Below are positions 34,238 through 46,587 of a stretch of DNA of 64,000 bases, piece by piece (the first letter of the stretch is position 1; every line of letters begins with the position of its first letter). The position numbers were made by a program, and so were the translations under genes. A model generated the notes under the pieces. It did no database searches and was not told the DNA's origin. It worked only from the letters and a program-made list of their open reading frames with translations. The DNA is from Malacoraja senta (Eukaryota), in contig JAXLNO010000259.1 in assembly GCA_038087875.1 (NCBI GenBank), positions 62,001-126,000 on the forward strand. The letters run 5' to 3'.

Positions 34238-35550
34238 TATAATGAGTCGAGTCGTACACACATCAAGATACAACACATATTTATTAAGGTCCACACAGCA
34301 TTGGTCTGCAGGACATTATAGTAACTAGCAGCTATTCAGACTGAGTTACGTAAGCATGATCTTGGTTATATAAATCGTATATTAGGCTCAGCAACTACTG
34401 AAAGCACTACAATTGGTTAATTCGAAATAACTTTGTAGAAACTAAATAAAACATACATACGTGGAAACATGGTGGCTAAAAAATACAACAACCGAAACGT
34501 TAATAACGCATATGTGGAAGTATAGATGGTTTCACAAAATCGCCGTATCTAATGGGTGGCCTGCTGACCCGTCCGGCACGTTTGCGGTACGAATCCGCAT
34601 CTCCTCCTATCACCGGTGAAGTGACTGGGGGTGTGACAGGGGATGTGACCGGGGACGGCACCGGAGACTCGCCGGTTAGAGATGGTGAAGTAGGCGAGTT
34701 GGGCGGTAAAAGCCGTGGAGAGGCCGCGCGGGACGCTGTCTCGTGTAGTGGAGCAGCCGGCCCGGTATTGAGAGGGTATACATAACACGAGACCTCTGGA
34801 TACGGAGTCTCAGGACGCGGTTCCTTCACAGGAAGGATATGTTGACTGTTGCGTTTGTAAATAGCCCCGTTCGCGCTAACCAGGAAGGAGCGCAGTACTC
34901 TGTCAGGGCTGCGAATGTGACCCAGACGACCATAGCCCTTGTTGGTCTGGAGGTGAACACGCTGTCCATTGGAGAAAGGTTTAAGTTGCTTACTGGACTT
35001 GTCGAATCGCGCATCGCGCTTGAATTGTAGTTGATTCTGGACTGCGGGCGGAGAACGGACCTGTGGATGCAGAAACTGCTAGTGTACAGGCAGGGCAGCA
35101 CGGAGACATCGGTCGTTGGGTTGGGGAACCCAGTATGGGATCCCTGGCAATGTTCCTTAAATTGATCAGATCCAGGTAGACGTCAGATTTAGCAAGGTAA
35201 GAACGCTCCATTAGTTGTTTTTGCGCTACGTATTCGTTCGGCATGTCCGTTGTACTGCGGATTCTCAGGGTTGCTGGTGATATGTCGATTATGGTCTCCA
35301 AATGGAGACGTGGGTTCGAATTCCACTTCTGACACCAGGTAATGGGTCGAGTCGTACACACGTGAAAATACAACACATATTTATTAAGGTCCACTTACAG
35401 CATTGATCTGCAGGACATTACAGTAACTAGCAGCTACTCAAACTGAATTATGCAAGCAAGATATTGGTAATATAAGTCGCATATAAGGCGGAGCAACTAC
35501 TCACAAGCCCTACAATTGGTTAATAGGAAACAACCAATCTGCATAAACTC
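34238..35550 (-). mobile_element. Small internally deleted Gypsy element with two LTRs and a PBS
   Basis: Diverged direct repeats at ~34238-34450 and ~35338-35550. PBS TGGTGTCAGAAGTGG at 35337-35323. Integrase C-terminal remnants (LINLRNIARDPILGSP; RKRAGRVSRPPIRY). Confidence 0.85.
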
Positions 35551-36112
35551 AATACTGGAGTTCGTTGCAACGTTCTATTCTTATCTTTGCTCCACTGGAT
35601 TCTGAATGCTGAAGTCGTCAAACAAATACTGCTAAGTTACTCCCTTTTGGGCGAGTTGAGGTGCAACCTGTTGGAAGAGCCGAGTTACAGTGTCATCTAG
35701 CGTCACGTGTATACAATCAAAGCTTCTTTATTGCCCGAACGAAAGATACTTCTCTGCTAGGCATTGATGCCTGTAACGACCTAGGCATGGTCACCTTTGG
35801 TACAGCGGTTCATCAGCTGTCTCCCGCACATAGCTGCACTAAACAGTTTATCTCACAATACGGAGATCTCTTCGACGACAAGCTTTGCAAGCTTGTCGTC
35901 GAAGTGGACAATCACGACTGACCCGGAAGTCTTGCCAGTTGTCCGTCCTGCCCACCTGGTTCCCCATGCTACGCGGGTCGCCTACAAAAATAACTCAACA
36001 GGATGGAGGCTCTAGGTGTGATTCCTCCTGTTGGTGATACATCGGACTAGATCTCAACCATCGTTGTAGCAATCAAAAATAACAGAGGAAATACGGATGT
36101 GTTGCAATCTTA

Positions 36113-36292
36113 AACATAGATACACAGAAACATAGAAAATAGGTGCAGGAGTAGGACATTCGGCTCTTCGAGCCTGCACCGCCATTCAATATGATCATGG
36201 CTGATCATCCAACTCAGTATCCTGTACCTGCCTTCTCTCCATACCCCCTGATCCCTTTAGCCACAAGGGCCGGATGTAACTCCCTCTTTAAA
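36113..36292 (-). mobile_element. CR1 family B 3'-end fragment inserted in the Gypsy RT
   Basis: Reverse complement of the 31420-31590 3' end and tail. Confidence 0.85.
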
Positions 36293-37136
36293 CACTGATT
36301 TAAACACTGCCATTAAACTACCACACAACCCCATGCGCACAGTGGAAGATGTCGCAGCACAGCTGCGCAAGGCAACAGTATTCTCAGTTCTAGATGCAAA
36401 GAGTTCATTCTGTCAGATTATGTTGGATCACAACTCTTCTAAGCTGACCACTTTCAGCACACCTTTTGGACGTTACAAATTCTTGCGCATGCCGATCGGC
36501 ATAAACTCGGCTATTTCAGCACACCATGGAACAACTATCAATTATTGTTGATGGCATTCTCATTGGTGGACAAAATATCCAAGAACATGACGCAAAATTA
36601 TAGAGGGCTTTCGACCGCGATAAAGAGATCAACATCAAGCTTATCCCTCTAAAGTACAAATTGCGGGTGTGTGAGGTGTACTACGTGGGTCATGTATTCA
36701 CCAGTAACGGTCTCAAACGCGGTCCATCAAATACTATTGGAAACAACCAGTTATCAGCACCCTCAGATGTGACCAACCTGCAGACATTCCTTGGAATTGT
36801 AAACTACTGTGGGAAATGCATTCCGAATTTCAGCGAACTATCAGCCCCACTGCGCCAGCTAACTGAAAACATATACTGTATTGTCCTGGCATGAACAAGA
36901 GCAGAGGGCGTTCGACACTCTTAAATAACAGATTTGTGCCCCCAACTACACGTACTTCGATGTTAACCTGCCTCCAAAACAACGGTGACGGCAACATGCT
37001 TTTCGAACTATGACTGACACGGAATAATGCTACGCTCGGATTGAAAATGAGCTGCTAGCGGTCGTTTTCGCCTGCAATAAATTCAATTACATAATCTTCG
37101 GAAAAACAGTCACAATTGAAACCGACCATCAACCAC

Positions 37137-37225
37137 TGAATAAAGTTTTCGGCCCGAAACGTTGCATATTTCCTTCGCTCCATAGATGCTGCCTCATCCG
37201 CTGAGTTTCTCCAGCATTTTTGTCC
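37137..37225 (+). mobile_element. Short Penelope-terminus-like insertion with a 12-bp TSD and degenerate hammerhead core
   Basis: ACCATCAACCAC is duplicated at 37125-37136 and 37226-37237. Insert reads (C)TGAATAAAGTTTTCGGCCCGAAACGTTG..GCTGAGTTTCTCCAGCATTTTTGTC. Confidence 0.7.
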
Positions 37226-37740
37226 ACCATCAACCACGGATCATCATTTTGAACAAACCGATACACGCTGCTCCAGCATGTCTCCAACGTATGATGTTAC
37301 AACTACAGAACTATGACAATTCTCTGATTTACTAACGTGGCAAAGACTTGCACTTGGCTGACACCCTGTCGCGAGCGCGCGAAAAACGATCAACGGATAA
37401 TCATAGCTTCGTTGTCATGATGGTCTCCTAAGTTCCTTCGCACTGTTTGGAAGACTTGGCAGCCCAGAATGCCGCTGACGATACCTTACGATTACTTTTC
37501 TCTGTCCCACAGCACGAGTCGCCGGAGAACAATAGAGACTACCACTCCCAATTCGGCACTTCGCCGTTCGTGATGAACTATGTATTACATGATGGCTTTA
37601 TCATAAAGGGTCACAAAGCTGTAATTACTGCCTCCCTACACAACAAATAGTTTGATGCCGTCCATGGGGGACACCCAGGCGCAGAGGCGACTATTCTAAG
37701 AGTCAAAAGCATGTTATTCTGGCCTGGAATGACAGATTAT

Positions 37741-40290
37741 GACAGAATTGGAAGAGCAAATATGTAAGGAGATAGCAGATATTAGTAGTAAGCACAAGGT
37801 AGTGATTGTGGGAGATTTCAATTTTCCACACATAGACTGTGAAACACATTCTGTAAAAGGGCTGGATGGTTTGGAGTTTGTAAAATGTGTGCAGGATAGT
37901 TTTTTGCAGCAATACATAGAGGTGCCTACTAGAGAAGGGGCAGTGCTGGACCTCCTGTTAGGAAATGAGACCGGGCAGGTGGCGGAGGTAAGCGTTGGGG
38001 AGCACTTCGGGTCCAGTGATCGCAAAACCATTAGTTTCAATATAATTATGGAGAGGGTCAGAACTGGACCTAGGGTTGAGATTTTTGATTGGAGAAAGGC
38101 TAACTTTGAGGAGATGCGAAAAGATTTAAAAGGAGTGAATTGGGACATGTTGTTTTATGGGAATGATGTAGAAGAGAAATGGAGGACATTTAAAGGTGAA
38201 ATTTTAAGAGTACAGACTCTTTATGTACCTGTTCGATTGAAAGGAAATAGTAAAAATTGGAAAGAGCCATGGTTTTCAAGGGAAATTGGACACGGTTCGG
38301 AAAAAGAGAGAGATCTACAATAATTATAGGCAGCATGGAGTAAATGAGGTGCTTGAGGAGTATAAAGAATGTAAAAAGAATATTGAGAAAGAAATTAGAA
38401 AAGCTAAAAGAAGATATGAGGTTGCTTTGGCAAGTAAGGTGAAAGTAAATCCAAAGGGTTTCTACAGCTATATTAATAGCAAAAGGATAACAAGGAATAA
38501 AATTGGTCCATTGGAGAGCCAGAGTGGACAGCTATCTGCAGAGCCAAAAGAGATGGGGGAGATACTGAACAATTTATTTTCTTCCGTATTCACCAAGGAG
38601 AAGGATATGGAAATATGTGAGGTAAGGGAAACAAGCAGAGTAGCAATGGAAACTATGAGATTCAAAGAAGAGGAGGTGCTGACACTTTTGAAAAATATGA
38701 AAACGGATAAGTCTGCAGGTCCTGACAGGATATTCCCGAGGACATTGAGGGAAGTTAGTGTAGAAATAGCAGGGGCTATGACAGAAATATTTCAAATGTC
38801 ATTAGAAACGTGAATAGTGCCGGAGGATTGGCGTACTGCGCATGTTGTTCCGTTGTTTAAAAAGGGTTCTAAGAGTAAACCTAGCAATTATAGACCTGTT
38901 AGTTTGACGTCAGTGGTGGGCAAATTAATGGAAACGATACTTAAAGATAATATATATAAGCATCTGGATAAGCAGGGTCTGATTAGGAACAGTCAACATG
39001 GATTTGTGCCTGGAAGGTCATGTTTGACTAATCTTCTAGAATTTTTCGAAGAGGTTACTAGGGAAGTTGATGAGGGTAAAGCAGTTGATGTTGTCTATAT
39101 GGACTTCAGTAAGGCCTTTGACAAGGTTCCTCATGGAAGGTTGGTTAAGAAGATTCAATTGTTGGGTATTAATGGTGGAGTTGCAAGATGGATTCAACAG
39201 TGTCTGAATGGGGTATGCCAGAGAGTAATGGTGGATGGCTGTTTGTCAGGTTGGAGGCCGGTGACTAGTGGGGTGCCTCAGGGTTCTGTGTTGGGTCCAC
39301 TGTTGTTTGTCATGTACATCGATGATCTGGATGATGGTGTGGAAAATTGGATTAGTAAGTATGCAGATGATACTAAGATAGGTGGTGTGGTGGATAATGA
39401 AGTAGATTTTCAAAGTCTACAGAGAGATTTAGGCCATTTGGAAGAGTGGGCTGAAAGATGGCATCTCGGCAGGACAAATGAAAATAGGACGTACATGGTA
39501 AATGGTAGAGAATTGAGGAATGCAGTTGAACAGAGGGATGCAGTTGAGGAATGCAGTTGAACAGAGGGATCTAGGAAGAACTGTGCATAGTTCCCTGAAG
39601 GTGGAATCTCATGTAAATTGGGTGGTAAAGAAAACTTTTGGTGTGCTGGCCTTTATAAATCAGAGCATTGAATATAGAAGTTGGGATGTAATGTTAAAAT
39701 TGTACAAGGCATTCGTGAGGCCAATTCTGGAGTATGGAGTACAATTTTGGTCGTCTAATTATAGGAAGGATGTCAACAAAATAGAGAGAGTACAGAGGAG
39801 ATTTACTAGAATGTTGCCTGGGTTTCAGCAACTAAGTTACAGAGAAAGTTTGAACAAGTTAGGTCTTTATTCTTTGGAGCGCAGAATGTTAAGAGGGGAC
39901 TTGATAGAGGTCTTTAAAATTATGAGCGGGTTAGACAGAGTTGACGTGGATAAGCTTTTTTCCATTGAGAGTAGGGAAGATTCAAACAAGGGGACATGAC
40001 TTGAGAATTAAGGGACAGAAGTTTAGCAGTAACATTAGGGGGAACTTCTTTACTCAGAGAGTGGTAGCTGTGTGGAATGAGCTTCCAGTGGAAGTGGTGG
40101 AGGCTGGATCGATTTTATCCTTTAAAAATAGATTGGATGGGTATATGGACGGGAAAGGAATGGAGGGTTATGGTCTGAGTGCAGGTAGATGGGACTAGGG
40201 GGAAGTATTTTTTTTTTAAATGTTCGGCACGGACATGAAGGGCCGAGATGGCCTGTTTCCGTGCTGTAATGGTTATATGGTTATATGGTT
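37741..40290 (+). mobile_element. CR1 LINE (family A), 5'-truncated within the endonuclease; inserted in the Gypsy integrase
   Basis: [43 protein letters not shown]; (TGGTTATA)n tail. The host frame PGMTDY|IREKV rejoins across it. Confidence 0.93.
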
Positions 40291-41397
40291 ATTATATACG
40301 TGAGAAGGTCGAGAGTGCTGTGCGGTGTGCAACAATTTGGGACCCCACCAGCCAAAGCAGCTAATTCTGTAACACCCGGTTCTAGACCTCCCATGGTCCA
40401 CTGTGGGACCTGAAAATTTTGATTGGCATGGCACACAATACCTGGTCTTAGTCGACTCGTACTCTGGATGGTTTGAAATTGATCTAATCCATAGCCCCAC
40501 AGCGGCAGTCCAGAAGCTGGCACGCCACTTCTCTCTCCACGGGGCTCCCATACTAACTACTTACTGTCATCGGCAGTCAATATACCAGCCAGCACTTCAA
40601 AGACTTTGCTACACGTTGGGACCCGTCATATCACCAGTAGCCCCGAATACCCAGAATCAAAGGGGCTGGCTGTACGTGCTGTAAGGAGTGCAAAACAAGT
40701 GATGGGACGATCCCACAGAGCAGGATACGACAGTTTCCTAGGCTTGCTCAACCTGCACAACATTTCCCGTGATCCTGTACTGGGTTCACGCGCCCAGCCA
40801 CTGATGCCAAGACAGACCCGATCCCCACTTCTGTGGCAAAACAGACATTAGAGCCGCAAGTTCGCAAACCATCCGAAATCCAGTCCAAGCTACAACAAAA
40901 ACGCGACGTTCAAAAAAGTTGGTATGACAAAACGAGCAGATCAATTCCATCACTAGCCAAGGGACAAGTAGTCCGTCGGCAGCAGAAAGGTGTCACGACC
41001 GCATCGGTGTAATAATTGGAACTGCTCTCGAACCACGTTCATATCTGGTCAATGCCGACGGCGGCACCTACAGACGTAATAGACAGCACATCCTGCCTGT
41101 AAATAAATCAGCACCACCTCCGTACCATCTCGACAGCACAAGCATACTTCCATCACCATCCAATAGACCCAGGCCAATCACACCACCGTTACCTGCCACG
41201 TTTGATCCGATCGTCTCGCCTACGACCACGCCACCTCGACACCTACCAAGGTCTCCAGTTTCCTCGCCGGCGATGCTGCTTCATTTTCCTGCTCCTGTTC
41301 TACCACCGATCTCATCTCCGTTGAAGGGAGGAAATGCAGGACTGTAAAGTACACGTGCAGGTCGCACCTGCAAGCCTAACGCAAAGTACCAGGAGTA

Positions 41398-41573
41398 TGT
41401 TTGGACAAATCTGAGGAAAGACATTCTTGCCATAGAGGGAGAACAGAGACGGTTCACCAGACTGATTCCTGGGATGTCAAGACTTTGATATGAAGACAGA
41501 CTGGATAGATTCGGCTTGTACTCGCTAGAAATTAGAAGATTGAGGGGGATCTTATAGAAACGTACAAAATTCC
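41398..41573 (+). mobile_element. CR1 family B RT C-terminal fragment
   Basis: Matches 31055-31220 (NLRKDIL.IEG..RRFTRLIPGM). Confidence 0.8.
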
Positions 41574-42114
41574 GGACTATTGATGAAAGCTCACCACCAT
41601 CTCACAGTCAGAATTGATTCTGACTACGGAGACGATAGCGTTTAATGTTTCCTCAGCTTGTGGTCCTATAAAGACTAAGGGTTGTTAATCCAGTGTATGG
41701 GTCTCATTACACAAGAAGCAGTCTAAAATGTCCCCTTTCTTGGGGTCCAGAATCAACCCGATGTTACAATCTACCTGCATATTTAAAACTCCCACAGTGG
41801 CATTACATTTCTTACATGCCAATTGTAACTTCAGCTGCATCATGCACCCTATATCCAGGCTACTGTTTGTGGGCTTGAAGATGACGTCCATTAGTGCCTT
41901 CTTACCTTTACAATTCCTCAATGCTATCCACAGCGACTCTACATCGTCAGTCCCTATGTCACCTCTCGCAAGCAACTGCATTTCATCCCTCACCATATAT
42001 GTATAACCATATAACCATATAACCATAACAGCACGGAAACAGGCCATCTCGGCCCTTCAAGTCCGTGCCGAACATTTTTTTATTTTTTTTAAAATTAAAA
42101 ATAAATACTTCCCC

Positions 42115-45059
42115 CTAGTCCCATCTACCTGCACTCAGACCATAACCCTCCATTCCTTTCCCGTCGATATACCCATCCAATCTATTTTTAAAGGATAACA
42201 TCGAACCTGCCTCCACCACTTCCACTGGAAGCTCATTCCACACAGCTACCACTCTCTGAGTAAATAAGTTCCCCCTAAAGTTCCCCCTAAACTTCTGTCC
42301 CTTAATTCTCAAGTCATGTCGCCTTGTTTGAATCTTCCCTACTCTCAATGGGAAAAGCTTATCCACGTCCACTCTGTCTAACCCGCTCATAATTTTAAAG
42401 ACCTCTATCAAGTCCCCTCTTAACCTTCTGCGCTCCAAAGAATAAAGACCTAACTTGTTCAACCTTTCTCTGTAACATAGTTGCTGAAACCCAGGCAACA
42501 TTCTAGTAAATCTCCTCTGTACTCTCTCTATTTTGTTGACATCCTTCCTATAATTAGGCGACCAAAATTGTACTCCATACTCCAGAATTGGCCTCACCAG
42601 TGCCTTGTACAATTTTAACATTACATCCCAACTTCTATATTCAATGCTCTGATTTATAAAGGCCAGCACACCAAAAGCTTTCTTTACCACCCTATCTACA
42701 TGAGATTCCACCTTCAGGGAACTATGCACAGTTATTCCTAGATCCCTCTGTTCAACTGCATTCTTCAATTCGCTACCATTTACCGTGTACGTCCTATTTT
42801 GATTTGTCCTGCCGAGATGTAGCACCTCACATTTGTCAGCATTAAACTCCATCTGCCATCTTTCAGCCCACTCTTCCAAATGGCCTAAACCTCTCTGTAG
42901 ACTTTGAAAATCTACTTCATTATCCACAACACCACCTATCTTAGTATCATCTGCATACTTACTAATCCAATTTTCCACACCATCATCCAGATCATTGATG
43001 TACATGACAAACAACAGTGGACCCAACACAGACCCCTGAGGCACCCCACTAGTCACCGGCCTCCAACCTGACAAACAGCCATCCACCATTACTCTCTGGC
43101 ATCTCCCATTCAGCCACTGTTGAATCCATCTTGCTACTCCACCATTAATACCCAACAATTGAATCTTCTTAACCAACCTTCCATGAGGAAGCTTGTCAAA
43201 GGCCTTACTGAAGTCCATATAGACAACATCCACGGCTTTACCCTCATCAATTTCCCTAGTAACCTCTTCGAAAAATTCAAGAAGACTAGTCAAGCATGAC
43301 CTTCCAGGCACAAATCCATGTTGACTGTTCCTAATCAGACCCTGCTTATCCAGATGTTTATATATATTATCTTTAAGTATCCTTTCCATTAATTTGCCCA
43401 CCACTAACGTCAAACTAACAGGTCTGTAATTGCTAGGTTTACACTTCGAACCCTTTTTAAACAACGGAACAACATGCGCAGTACGCCAATCCTCCGGCAC
43501 TATTCCCGTTTCTAATGACATTTGAAATATTTCTGTCATAGCCCCTGCTATTTCTACACTAACTTCCCTCAATGTCCTAGGGAATATCCTGTCAGGACCT
43601 GGAGACTTATCCGTTTTCATATTTTTCAAAAGTGTCCGCACCTCCTCTTCTTTGAATCTCACAGTTTCCATTGCTACTCTGCTCGTTTCCCTTAGCTCAC
43701 ATAATTCCATATCCTTCTCCTTCGTGAATACCGAAGAAAAGAAATTGTTCAATATCTCCCCCATCTCTTTTGGCTCTGCAGATAGCTGTCCACTCTGACT
43801 CTCTAATGGTCCGATTTTATTCCTTGTTATCCTTTTGCTATTAATATAGCTGTAGAAACCCTTTGGATTTACTTTCACCTTACTTGCCAAAGCAACCTCA
43901 TATCTTCTTTTAGCTTTTCTAATTTCTTTCTTAATATACTTTTTACATTCTTTATACTCCTCAAGCACCTCATTTACTCCATGCTGCCTATAATTATTGT
44001 AGATCTCTCTCTTTTTCCGAACCAAGTGTCCAATTTCCCTTGAAAGCCATGGCTCTTTCCATTTTTCACTATTTCCTTTCATCCGAACAGGGACATAAAG
44101 ATTCTGTACTCTTAAAATTTCACCCTTAAATGTCCTCCATTTTTCTTCTACATCCTTCCCATAAAACAACATGTCCCAATTCACTCCTTTTAAATCCTTT
44201 CGCAACTACTCAAAGTTAGCCTTTCTCCAAACAAAAATCTCAACCCTAGGTCCAGTTCTGACCCTCTCCATAATTATATTGCAACTAATGGTATTGTGAT
44301 CACTGGACCCGAAGTGCTCCCCGACGCATACCTCCGCAACCTGCCCTGTCTCATTTCCTAACAGGAGGTCCAGCACTGCCCCTTCTCTAGTAGGTACCTC
44401 TATGTATTGCTGCAAAAAACTATCTTGCACACATTTTACAAACTCCAAACCATCCAGCCCTTTTACAGAATGTGTTTCCCAGTCTATGTGTGGAAAATTG
44501 AAATCTCCCACAATCACAACCTTGTGCTTACTACTAATATCTGCTATCTCCTTACATATTTGCTCTTCCAATTCTCGCTCCCCATTTGGCGGTCTATAAT
44601 ACACCCCTATGAGTGTTGCTACACTTTTCCCATTTCTCAGTTCCACCCAAATAGCCTCCCTAGACGAGCCCTCTAATCTATCCTGCCAAAGCACTGCTGT
44701 AATATCTTCCTTGACAAGCAATGCAACACCCCACCTCTTGCCCCTCCAATTCTATCACCCCTGAAGCAACGAAATCCTGGAATATGTATTTGCCAATCAC
44801 AGCCCTCCTGCAACCATGTTTCACTGATCGCCACAACATCATACTTCCAGGTGTCAATCCAGGCTCTAAGCTCATCCACCTTTCTTACAATGCTCCTAGC
44901 ATTAAAATATACACATTTAAGAAACCCACCACCACTTATTCTCTGTTTATTATATTTGTCTTCTTTCTCCCCTACATTTTGGGTCCGAGTGCTTCCCTTC
45001 TCTGCCTCCTGCCTCCCACATTTTCCACTAGCTTTCTCTATTTGAGTCCCTCCCCCCAA
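42115..45059 (-). pseudogene. CR1 ORF2 (APE endonuclease plus RT); RT part open for 696 codons
   Basis: [52 protein letters not shown]. Frameshift at ~44720-44740; in-frame TAG at 44206-44208. Confidence 0.92.
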
Positions 45060-45064
45060 CCGTT

Positions 45065-46000
45065 CTAGTTTAAAGTCTCCCCAGTAGCATTTGCAAATCT
45101 CCCCGCCAGGATATTGGTCCCCCTCGGGTTCAAGTGCAACCCGTCCTTTCTGTACAGGTCACACCTTCCCCAAAAGAGGTCCCAACGATCCAGAAATTTG
45201 AATCCCTGCCCGCTGCACCAGTTCCTCAGCCACGCATTTATCCTCCACCTCACTCCATTCCTACTCTCACCGTCGCGTGGCACATGTAGTAATCCTGAGA
45301 TTGTTACCTTTGTAGTCCTTCTCCTTAACTCTCCTCCCAACTCCCTAAATTCTCCTTTCAAGACCTCTTCTCTTTTTCTACCTATGTCATTGGTACCTAT
45401 ATGTACCACAACCTCAGGCTCCTCTCCCTCCGATTTCAGGATATCTTGGACGCGTTCAGACACATCCCTGACCCTTGCACCAGGGAGGCAAACTACCATC
45501 CGCGTCTCCTGACTGCGTCCACAGAATCGCCTATCCGACCCCCTAACCATAGAGTCCCCTATTACTATTGCCCTCCTCTTCTTTTCCCTACCCTTCTGAG
45601 CAATAGGGCTGGTCTCTGTGCCGGAGGCCCGGCCGCTGTTGCTACCCGCAGGAAGGCTGTCCCCCTCAACAGTACTCAAACAGGAGTACTTATTTTCAAG
45701 GTGTACAGCCACCGGGGTACTCACTAGTCCCTGCCTCTGCCCCTTGCCCTTCCTAACCGTGACCCACTTGTCTGCCTCCCGTGGTCTTGGAGTGGCCACC
45801 TCCCTATAACTCTTTTCTATGACCTCCTCACTCTCCCTGATCAGACAGAGGTCATCGAGCTGCTGCTCCAGGTTCCTAACACGGTCCCTTAGGAACCCCA
45901 TCTCTACGCACCTGACACAGATGTGAACGTCTGGAGGGGTATCAGACTCCATGACCTCCCACATCTGACATCCAGAACAGTAAACTGCCCTGGCCCTCAT
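45065..46000 (-). CDS. CR1 ORF1p: zinc finger/leucine zipper plus SGNH (GDSL) esterase domain
   Basis: CSGC..CVRC, then VIGDSMVR, LPGAR, HIGTND and DGLHL; open 311-aa frame. Confidence 0.9.
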   Translation of the reverse strand: MRARAVYCSGCQMWEVMESDTPPDVHICVRCVEMGFLRDRVRNLEQQLDDLCLIRESEEVIEKSYREVATPRPREADKWVTVRKGKGQRQGLVSTPVAVHLENKYSCLSTVEGDSLPAGSNSGRASGTETSPIAQKGREKKRRAIVIGDSMVRGSDRRFCGRSQETRMVVCLPGARVRDVSERVQDILKSEGEEPEVVVHIGTNDIGRKREEVLKGEFRELGGELRRRTTKVTISGLLHVPRDGESRNGVRWRINAWLRNWCSGQGFKFLDRWDLFWGRCDLYRKDGLHLNPRGTNILAGRFANATGETLN

Positions 46001-46180
46001 ACTCTCCCATTACCCTGGATACAATACAAAACTGGTGGAGGAAATCAGCAGGGATCTGACTCGCAATCAGCTGCTTTCTCTTTGTCCTCTTCCACCAATC
46101 AGCTGCTTTCTCTTGGTCCTCTTCCACCAATCAGCGGCTTCCTCATATAGGAAACTTGAATGGAACGTTGCAGTTTTGGT

Positions 46181-46587
46181 CCTTCTGCAACGGTCCCTGG
46201 GCGTCTGGAAAGCAAAGCCCCGCGCCGTTTATCTACTCACCACCCGGACGCTGCTCCTCCTTCTGCAACGGTCCCTGGGCGTCTGGAAAGCAAAGCCCCG
46301 CGCCGTTTATCTACTCACCACCCGGACGCTGCTCCTCATTCTGCAACGGTCCCTGGGCGTCTGGAAAGCAAAGCCCCGCGCCGTTTATCTACTCACCACC
46401 CGGACGCTGCTCCTCCTTCTGCAACGGTCCCTGGGCGTCTGGAAAGCAAAGCCCCGCGCCGTTTATCTACTCACCACCCGGACGCCGCTCCTCCTTCTGC
46501 AACGGTCCCTGGGCGTCTGGAAAGCAAAGCCCCGCGCCGTTTATCTACTCACCACCCGGACGCTGCTCCTCCTTCTGCAACGGTCCC
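46181..46587. repeat. 78-bp tandem monomers (5 plus a partial copy) at the CR1 5' end
   Basis: Near-identical units start at 46181, 46259, 46337, 46415, 46493 and 46571. Confidence 0.95.

Larger units (their letters stand above)
35551..41397 (+). mobile_element. Decayed Gypsy pol (protease, RT, RNase H, integrase) with three nested insertions
   Basis: TGVRCNVL, LLGIDAC, FSVLDAKSSF..TTFSTPFGRY, ETDHQP, HGGHPGAE..FWPGM; after the CR1 it continues YLVLVDSYSGWFE and SSPEYPESKGLA. Confidence 0.88.
41996..46587 (-). mobile_element. Near full-length CR1 LINE (family A)
   Basis: 5' tandem repeats, open ORF1 (46000-45065), ORF2 EN-RT (45059-42115) with one frameshift and one stop, and a (TGGTTATA)n tail. 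The empty site is visible in unit B (CCCTCACCA|ACAGAGCTA at ~58360). Confidence 0.96.
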
